DNA of 64,000 nt from Ignavibacteriota bacterium. GTDB lineage: Bacteria > Bacteroidota > Ignavibacteria > UBA10030 > UBA6906. The notes under the pieces were generated by a model. That model ran no database searches. It had not been told where the DNA came from and saw nothing but the letters and a program-made list of their open reading frames with translations. Every line of letters starts with the position of its first letter. Positions within the stretch are counted from its first letter, which is position 1. The stretch spans positions 549,000 through 612,999 of the forward strand of contig CAWKHH010000007.1 of assembly GCA_963849385.1 (NCBI GenBank), given 5' to 3'. Position numbers and translations under genes: made by a program. Of the stretch, positions 58,061 through 64,000 are shown one piece after another.

Positions 58061-60901
58061 GTGAGAATGCTGACGAAACCAGTGCACGCTCGCTATTGGA
58101 TTACGCTTCTCCTGTTCTCCTGGTTGCTGTTCGGAGGGGGGGGGCTCGTACCGGAGAGAGCGCATGGTCAGGAATCGGGCGAGAGGGTCGCCTCTTCTGC
58201 ATCGACCAGTGGGACGACGCTGACATTCTGGTACGGGAAACGCCAGACGTTCGGCCGGATCGGTGTGCCGCAGCGGTGGGTGAATATCCTGGGAAATGTG
58301 TCTGACCCGAATGGCATTGCCGCGCTCAACTACACGTTGAATGGCGGAACGGTGGTCACGCTGGGGGTCGGTCAGGATACGCGACGCCTGTCGAGGACCG
58401 GTGATTTCAACATCGATATTGCCTATAGTGCACTGCGGACGCTCCCCGACTCGAACATCGTCGCTGTCACAGCGCGGAATGGCCTGGGCGTGTTCACGCG
58501 TGACACGGTGGTTGTACAGTATCTCTCCGGCACCGTGTGGCCGCGCGTCTCTACAACGAGCTGGGGAAATGCAAGCTGTCTCACTGATTCTGTGCAGGTG
58601 GTAGACGGTCTGTGGCATCTGACCTCCGATGGCCTCAGGATTACGAATGTCGGCTATGATCGACTTGTCGCCATCGGCGATACGACCTGGAGAGATTTTG
58701 AGGTCACTGTGCCTATCACGATTCACAGCTACGATCCTGCGGGATACGGTTCAATCAACGGGAGCCCCTCCGTCGGTCTGTTCCTGGGGTGGTCCGGTCA
58801 TTCCGATGACCCGATTTCGGGGTGGCAGCCGAAGACCGGGTACAAGCCTTTTGGTTGCGGGGGGTTCTACAGGTTTGAATCCACCGGAGAGCGGTTGGCG
58901 ATCTGGGACAAGGTTTCAGACAACAGCGGCAAGACTATTCCTTACGACGTCCCCTACTACTTCAAGATGAGAGTGGAATGGACGGGAGCTGGCATTCTCT
59001 ATTCCTTCAAAACGTGGGACGTAAGCGTTTCGGAGCCTGCCAGGTACGATCTCACCTGGCAGGGACCTGTGACCGATCCTCAACGGGGATCAATCGTGCT
59101 CCTGTCGCACTTTGTGGATGCGACATTCGGGACTGTAACCATACAGCCAATCACCAGTGATCACCAGTCTCCTCTCCTGAGCGGATTGTCCGTGATCAGG
59201 GGAAGGACGTCGGCGGAAATCCTGTGGCTGACAGATGAACTGGCGCGGAGCCGGATCGAATATGGTTTAACGACCACCTACGGGACCGAAATGGCTAAAG
59301 CGGCCATGGACACGCAGCACGATTTCACGCTCACCGGACTCACACAGAACACGACATATCATTACCGTGTGAAATCGTTTGATGAGTGGGGGAACGCGGC
59401 AGTGTCTGCGGACCAGGTGTTCACGACAACCGGTCTCTCCGCGATTGTCACAGATGAATTCAACGTCCAACCCCTTGACTCGGCACTCTGGGCCGTTCAG
59501 AATCCGCTCGGGGATGCGACCGTGGCGGTGCAGGGGGGTAACCTCCAGATAGTCCTTCCGCAAAACGTCGAGCACACCGTTACGGGTAGCGGGAGCAGCA
59601 TGCCGCGCATTGTGCAGCCGGCAACGGACGGAGACTTCGACGTTGAGGTGAAGTTCGCGAGTGTGATGAGTCAGCAGGTCCAGACCGTCGGCATTGATGT
59701 TATTGCAGACGCCACGAACTACGTTCAGTTTGAAATCTACTCGAACGGATCATCCTTGCGGGCATATGCGGGAGTCGTGGTAGGGAATAGTCCATCGAGC
59801 CGCTCTGACGTAGCTCTTGGTCCAAACGGCACGGCGCCGTTGTATATGCGCATCAAACGTGAGCGCAACACCTGGACACAAACGGTTTCGCTCAACGGAT
59901 CCACATGGACTCAGGCGGCAGCGTTCGCCCATACGCTCACCGTGCGGAACCTCGGGCTCGTGGCAGGGAACTATGGATCACCGGTTCCCGCTAACACAGC
60001 CCTCTTTGACTACATCCACGCGACGCTTCCGCCGGTTCCGCAGCTGGTGTCACCTCTGAACGGGGCGAGTGGTGTGAACACGACGGTCACACTGGCGTGG
60101 TCTTCTTCACCCGGCGCGACGGGATATGATATCCAGGTGGCCACCGATCCATCCTTCTCCTCCGGCGTCGCGGTCAGCGACTCGCTGATCACAGGGACTA
60201 CCCGCCAGGTGAATGGCCTGACCGCGTTCACGAAGTATTACTGGCATGTGCGGTCGCGCAGTGCAGACGGGAAGGGACCCTATTGTATGAGCCGGTCGTT
60301 CTCCACCTTCCTTCCGGTTCCGAACCAGGTCACTCTGGTCGCGCCGGTCAACAACATGCGTACGTCGGCGGATAGTGTCGTGTGTGTCTGGAAGAAGAAC
60401 AACCAACCCGGCACGCGCTACTGGTTTGAGATCACCGATGACTCTTTGTTTGCCTGGCCGGATCTTGATTCCTCTCTCACCGACACAGTCAGAATTCTCC
60501 GGGGCCTCGAGCTCGAAAAGCTCTATTTCTGGAGAGTGCGGGCGGGAAATCTGACAGGGTGGGGGCCGTACAGTGAGATCCGCAGATTCAGGCGCAGTCT
60601 TACCGATGTCACGGTGGACCATGAAGTGCCCCGGGAAGCCTCGCTCGCACAAAACTACCCCAATCCGTTCAATCCGGCTACAGTGCTCGAATATGGTGTG
60701 CCATCCAGGTCCCATGTCCTGCTTGAAGTGTTCAACGCGCTGGGACAACGTGTGGCGGTACTGGTAGATGAAGAACAGGAGAGAGGATACCATCGGGCGC
60801 AATTCGCGTCGAACGGACTCTCGTCAGGCATATATTTCTATCGACTCTCGGTGAACGGGGGCGAACATGTCTTCGTCAAACGCATGACGTTGATCCGATG
60901 A
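58061..60901 (+). CDS. T9SS cargo protein with two ConA/LamG-like domains, FN3-like modules and a C-terminal sorting domain (946 aa)
   Basis: Signal peptide; two beta-jelly-roll-like regions (...YYFKMRVEWTGAGILYSFKTWD..., ...LYMRIKRERNTWTQTVSLNGSTWTQ...); sorting domain NYPNPFNPATVLEYGVP...MTLIR. Confidence 0.85.
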   Translation: MRMLTKPVHARYWITLLLFSWLLFGGGGLVPERAHGQESGERVASSASTSGTTLTFWYGKRQTFGRIGVPQRWVNILGNVSDPNGIAALNYTLNGGTVVTLGVGQDTRRLSRTGDFNIDIAYSALRTLPDSNIVAVTARNGLGVFTRDTVVVQYLSGTVWPRVSTTSWGNASCLTDSVQVVDGLWHLTSDGLRITNVGYDRLVAIGDTTWRDFEVTVPITIHSYDPAGYGSINGSPSVGLFLGWSGHSDDPISGWQPKTGYKPFGCGGFYRFESTGERLAIWDKVSDNSGKTIPYDVPYYFKMRVEWTGAGILYSFKTWDVSVSEPARYDLTWQGPVTDPQRGSIVLLSHFVDATFGTVTIQPITSDHQSPLLSGLSVIRGRTSAEILWLTDELARSRIEYGLTTTYGTEMAKAAMDTQHDFTLTGLTQNTTYHYRVKSFDEWGNAAVSADQVFTTTGLSAIVTDEFNVQPLDSALWAVQNPLGDATVAVQGGNLQIVLPQNVEHTVTGSGSSMPRIVQPATDGDFDVEVKFASVMSQQVQTVGIDVIADATNYVQFEIYSNGSSLRAYAGVVVGNSPSSRSDVALGPNGTAPLYMRIKRERNTWTQTVSLNGSTWTQAAAFAHTLTVRNLGLVAGNYGSPVPANTALFDYIHATLPPVPQLVSPLNGASGVNTTVTLAWSSSPGATGYDIQVATDPSFSSGVAVSDSLITGTTRQVNGLTAFTKYYWHVRSRSADGKGPYCMSRSFSTFLPVPNQVTLVAPVNNMRTSADSVVCVWKKNNQPGTRYWFEITDDSLFAWPDLDSSLTDTVRILRGLELEKLYFWRVRAGNLTGWGPYSEIRRFRRSLTDVTVDHEVPREASLAQNYPNPFNPATVLEYGVPSRSHVLLEVFNALGQRVAVLVDEEQERGYHRAQFASNGLSSGIYFYRLSVNGGEHVFVKRMTLIR

Positions 60902-60924
60902 CGCTTCTTGTGGACTGACACACT

Positions 60925-61887
60925 ATGCCCCCGGCACATCGACCCGAATTCAGCGCGGTAGTTCCCACGTACAACCGCGCTGATCTCGTGGCGCGGGCAA
61001 TCGACAGCGTCTTTCGGCAATCATTCCCCCCCGCAGAAATCATCGTGGTCGATGACGGCTCGACGGATGAAACCGAAAGTGCTGTTCGTCAGTTCGGCGA
61101 TGCCGTTCGATTTATCCGCCAGGAAAACAGGGGCGGGGCGAGCGCTCGAAACCGGGGTGTTCAGGAAGCACGTTCAGCGTGGGTCGCTTTTTTGGATTCG
61201 GATGATGTCTGGACGGATACCCATCTCGAGAGAATTGCACAGGCCATCCAGGATACCGGTGGGAAAGCCGTGCTGTATTTTGACGACATGCTTCTCCCCG
61301 ACGCGCCGGATGCCACATGGTGGACCCTGGGGGGGTTCAGCATTCCCGGGGACCATCTCATGGTCCCTGATGGCGCCGACTGGGTACTCAGGGAATTTCA
61401 ACCCATGATGCTGCAGACGTCGGTGTGTTGTCGCAGCACGTTTCTGGAAGAGGGAGGACTGTGGGAAAAGCTTCGCAACGCGCATGATACGCATTTCTTC
61501 TTAAAGCTGGGTATCGGGCGGCCCGTGTGTGCCGTTGGGGGTATCGGATGCCGGCAGACTGCGGATGCTCCCGGTAGTTCGCGCTTGACTTCCAGCACGC
61601 TTCAGAAGCGGCGGTTCAAGAACAGGACCCTTGCCTTTCGCGATATTCTCCGCAGGAAGCCTCACCTTGCTCCTTCGCAGCGCAACTGCCTGCGTCAACG
61701 CGTCGCGTCGTCCTTCTGGACGCTGGGACGGATTGCATGGGAGGAGAAGCGTCCTATAGAATGCCTGGCGTATGTGCTGCGATCGGTGATGACCGACGTG
61801 CCTGCTGCTGCGTTCTTTGCCGTGCGGGCAATTCGCAATCGCCGAGGGCGCACCACACATCCGCGTGAAGCAGCAAAGCAGCGATGA
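60925..61887 (+). CDS. Family-2 glycosyltransferase
   Basis: FSAVVPTYNRADLVARAIDSVFRQSF...IIVVDDGSTD...FLDSDD (DXD). Confidence 0.85.
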   Translation: MPPAHRPEFSAVVPTYNRADLVARAIDSVFRQSFPPAEIIVVDDGSTDETESAVRQFGDAVRFIRQENRGGASARNRGVQEARSAWVAFLDSDDVWTDTHLERIAQAIQDTGGKAVLYFDDMLLPDAPDATWWTLGGFSIPGDHLMVPDGADWVLREFQPMMLQTSVCCRSTFLEEGGLWEKLRNAHDTHFFLKLGIGRPVCAVGGIGCRQTADAPGSSRLTSSTLQKRRFKNRTLAFRDILRRKPHLAPSQRNCLRQRVASSFWTLGRIAWEEKRPIECLAYVLRSVMTDVPAAAFFAVRAIRNRRGRTTHPREAAKQR

Positions 61888-61888
61888 A

Positions 61889-62887
61889 ATGATCACGGGA
61901 GTGCCAGGACAGATCATGGGCGCACACAAACTGAGCGTTGTCGTTATTGCTCGCAACGAAGAGAATGCTATAGCCCGCTGCCTCGCTTCGGTTGTTCGGG
62001 CTGTGGCCGACCGGGACGCGGAAATTCTCTTCGTTGACTCTGCCTCGACGGATCGTACTGTTGAAATTGCCCGGCAGTATCCGGTCAGTATCGTGCGTCT
62101 CGATCCTCAACTTCCCCTCTCTCCGGGTGCCGGCCGTTGGCTGGGAACTCGCCTTACCAAGGGAGAATACGTTTGTTTTATTGACGGCGACATGATTGTC
62201 ATCGAGGGATGGCTCACGCAGGCCCTTGAAATCCTGAGCGATCACCGCATCGGGGCTGTCGGGGGACGTTTGTTCTGGATTCTTCCCGGTGAGGATCTCC
62301 ATCTTGGTCATCGGGATGACTTCCCGTTGGGGGTGGTCCCGGGGCTTGGGGGGGCGGGTGTGTACCGGAGGCATGCCTTGCAGGAATGTGGCAGCTTCAA
62401 TCCATTCCTTCGAGGGGAGGAGGAGCGTGAACTTGCCTACCGTTTATTCTCCGGCGGATACAAGGTCATGCGTGTTGAGTCTCCAATGGCCTACCACCTC
62501 AACAAGCCCCGAAGCGTTCAAGAAAACGTTGAGCGGGCTATCTACTTCAGGGGAGTCGGGCAGATCATGCGGCGCTATCCGATGCGGGCAATTTTCTGGG
62601 ACCTGCTTAAGGAACAGAAGGAACCCTTTCTTTTCTGGGTCTTCGTGGTCGGGTTGTTTGTTGGTTTTGCGATTGCAGCAGCAACGAGTTCCAACCTGCT
62701 CCTGGGAGTGCTGATGGCCGTCACCCTGACAGGAGCGATGACTCTCGGGATCTGGAAAGGGTTTCACAGAGTGTGGCTCTACCTCCACGAGCAATTGCTT
62801 ATCGGTCTCCATTTCGTGCAGGGACTGATGATCGGTCTGCCACCGGCTGATCAGTATTCAGAGAGCTTTACCAGGGTAACACAGTGA
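61889..62887 (+). CDS. Family-2 glycosyltransferase with C-terminal TM segments
   Basis: LSVVVIARNEENAIARCL...LFVDSASTDRT...FIDGDM. The ATG at 61889 lies 1 nt after the upstream stop. Confidence 0.8.
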   Translation: MITGVPGQIMGAHKLSVVVIARNEENAIARCLASVVRAVADRDAEILFVDSASTDRTVEIARQYPVSIVRLDPQLPLSPGAGRWLGTRLTKGEYVCFIDGDMIVIEGWLTQALEILSDHRIGAVGGRLFWILPGEDLHLGHRDDFPLGVVPGLGGAGVYRRHALQECGSFNPFLRGEEERELAYRLFSGGYKVMRVESPMAYHLNKPRSVQENVERAIYFRGVGQIMRRYPMRAIFWDLLKEQKEPFLFWVFVVGLFVGFAIAAATSSNLLLGVLMAVTLTGAMTLGIWKGFHRVWLYLHEQLLIGLHFVQGLMIGLPPADQYSESFTRVTQ

Positions 62888-64000
62888 TTCAAGAGAGCAG
62901 AACCACAACAGAGGAATCGGGTGGAGGATCGCTGAAACTCACCACCTTCCGGGGTGGCCTCTTGCTGGGAGGCGCAACCATCGGAACACGCATCTTCTCT
63001 GTGATCACTTCCATCATTCTGGCGCGTCTGCTGCTTCCTACAGAATTCGGGCAGGTGGATCTCGCAATGGTCGTTCTTACCATTGTTGCAATTTTTTCCA
63101 CACTGGGACTCCCTTCGGCGGTCATTCAAACGACTGCGGACAGGGGAAAATCGGCTTTCTCGGCTTTTCTTATCACCTTTTCGGCGGGGTGTCTGGTATT
63201 TCTCATCTGCCTTTTTGCCGCCCCCTGGCTGGGGTTCTTCTTAGGTGATCCCCATGTGGTTCCGGTTCTTCAGTGGTTATCTGTCACGGTGATGCTTGCA
63301 GGAGCGACACGGGTACCTGAAGCTCTCATCCAGAAAGAGCTCCTGTTCGGACGTATGAGTCTTATTAGCGTCCTGACCGAGGTGTCGACGGCAGCCGTTT
63401 CAATTGCTCTTGCCTGGATGGGGTGGGGTGTGTGGAGTCTTGTCTACGGGATGATTGTCGGCGCGGTACTTAATACGGTGCTGGCGTGGGCATTCTGCCC
63501 GCGTGTGACCTGGTTTCGTCTCTCTCAGTGGGACAGGGGAATTGCGGCCCAGATGCTCCGGTTCGGAGCGCAGATGGTCGGGAGTACGTCTGTGTACACC
63601 TTCTATTCGTATCTTGACAATTACGCAGTCGGCCGGATGCTGGGCACCGAAGCGTTGGGATACTACGGGCGGGCGTTCAATCTGACAAGCAAGACGGTTG
63701 ACAGTGTGAACCGTACCATCGGGGTGGTACTTTTCCCGTCGTATGCACAAGTACAACAAGACAAGGCGCGACTGTCGCGCGCCTACCTGAAGAGCCTTCG
63801 CATGATCAGCAGCATCACCATACCGGTGGCGCTCGGATTGTACGCGGTGGCCGATGAACTGATTCCTACGCTTCTGGGCAAAGCCTGGATTCCGGCGATC
63901 CCGGCGCTGAAGGTGCTTTCACTCATGAGTCTATTGAAACCCCTTTCGTCCACTACTTCAGCACTTTTCATCTCGACAGGACATCCCGGTTTCAATTTAC
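62884..64000 (+). CDS. Wzx-like polysaccharide flippase (MOP superfamily), 3'-partial; runs off the window end
   Basis: Probable GTG start overlapping the GT2 stop. N-terminus ...GGLLLGGATIGTRIFSVITSIILARLLLPTEFGQVDLAM followed by 10 or more TM helices. Not in the ORF track because it has no stop within the window. Confidence 0.75.
   Translation, partial: MIQESRTTTEESGGGSLKLTTFRGGLLLGGATIGTRIFSVITSIILARLLLPTEFGQVDLAMVVLTIVAIFSTLGLPSAVIQTTADRGKSAFSAFLITFSAGCLVFLICLFAAPWLGFFLGDPHVVPVLQWLSVTVMLAGATRVPEALIQKELLFGRMSLISVLTEVSTAAVSIALAWMGWGVWSLVYGMIVGAVLNTVLAWAFCPRVTWFRLSQWDRGIAAQMLRFGAQMVGSTSVYTFYSYLDNYAVGRMLGTEALGYYGRAFNLTSKTVDSVNRTIGVVLFPSYAQVQQDKARLSRAYLKSLRMISSITIPVALGLYAVADELIPTLLGKAWIPAIPALKVLSLMSLLKPLSSTTSALFISTGHPGFNL

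Noticed and set aside
1-64000. Mobile elements, integrases, transposases or prophage genes
   Set aside because: None recognised. The GC content is even apart from promoter-bearing intergenic regions, so the glycan and T9SS cargo island shows no obvious sign of horizontal acquisition within this window.

Overview
High-GC (~60%) bacterial chromosomal segment. Coding is almost entirely on the plus strand from 12 kb onward, and no mobile elements, CRISPR arrays, tRNA or rRNA genes were recognised. Five proteins carry the C-terminal NYPNPFNP... sorting domain typical of type IX secretion (T9SS) cargo, which points to a member of the FCB superphylum; the exact lineage cannot be called from sequence alone.

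Content in order:
- 1-4.3 kb: a 5'-partial hypothetical gene followed by a carbohydrate ABC importer (solute-binding lipoprotein and two permeases; no ATPase in the window).
- 4.4-5.9 kb: a GT39/ArnT-like membrane glycosyltransferase.
- 6.1-7.5 kb: a stand-alone TrpB2-type tryptophan synthase beta gene, preceded by what reads as a complete ribosome-mediated trp attenuator (promoter, 22-aa leader peptide with four consecutive Trp codons, intrinsic terminator).
- 7.9-9.4 kb: a transglutaminase-like lipoprotein.
- 9.4-14 kb: a NapH/MauN-type membrane polyferredoxin flanked by two Tat-signal DUF362-like proteins and a lipoprotein.
- 14-20.8 kb: a secreted-peptidase cluster (M14 carboxypeptidase, C69-like N-terminal-Cys hydrolase, Glu/Asp-racemase-like protein) directly followed by a four-subunit 2-oxoacid:ferredoxin oxidoreductase.
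- 22.9-32.5 kb: a 3190-aa repeat-rich adhesin with a T9SS sorting domain.
- 34-50 kb: a Wzx/Wzy-type surface polysaccharide locus (Wzc-like tyrosine autokinase, short Wza-like export protein, family-1 glycosyltransferases, deacetylase, Wzy-like polymerase, AlgD-like GDP-mannose 6-dehydrogenase, and a WbpB/WbpE/WbpD-like oxidoreductase/aminotransferase/acetyltransferase trio).
- 50-61 kb: four further T9SS cargo paralogs with ConA-like and FN3-like modules.
- 61-64 kb: two GT2 glycosyltransferases and a 3'-partial Wzx flippase.

At least eight genes show single-nucleotide frame disruptions with continuous homology across the break. This pattern most likely reflects indel errors in the assembly, although real pseudogenes cannot be excluded.
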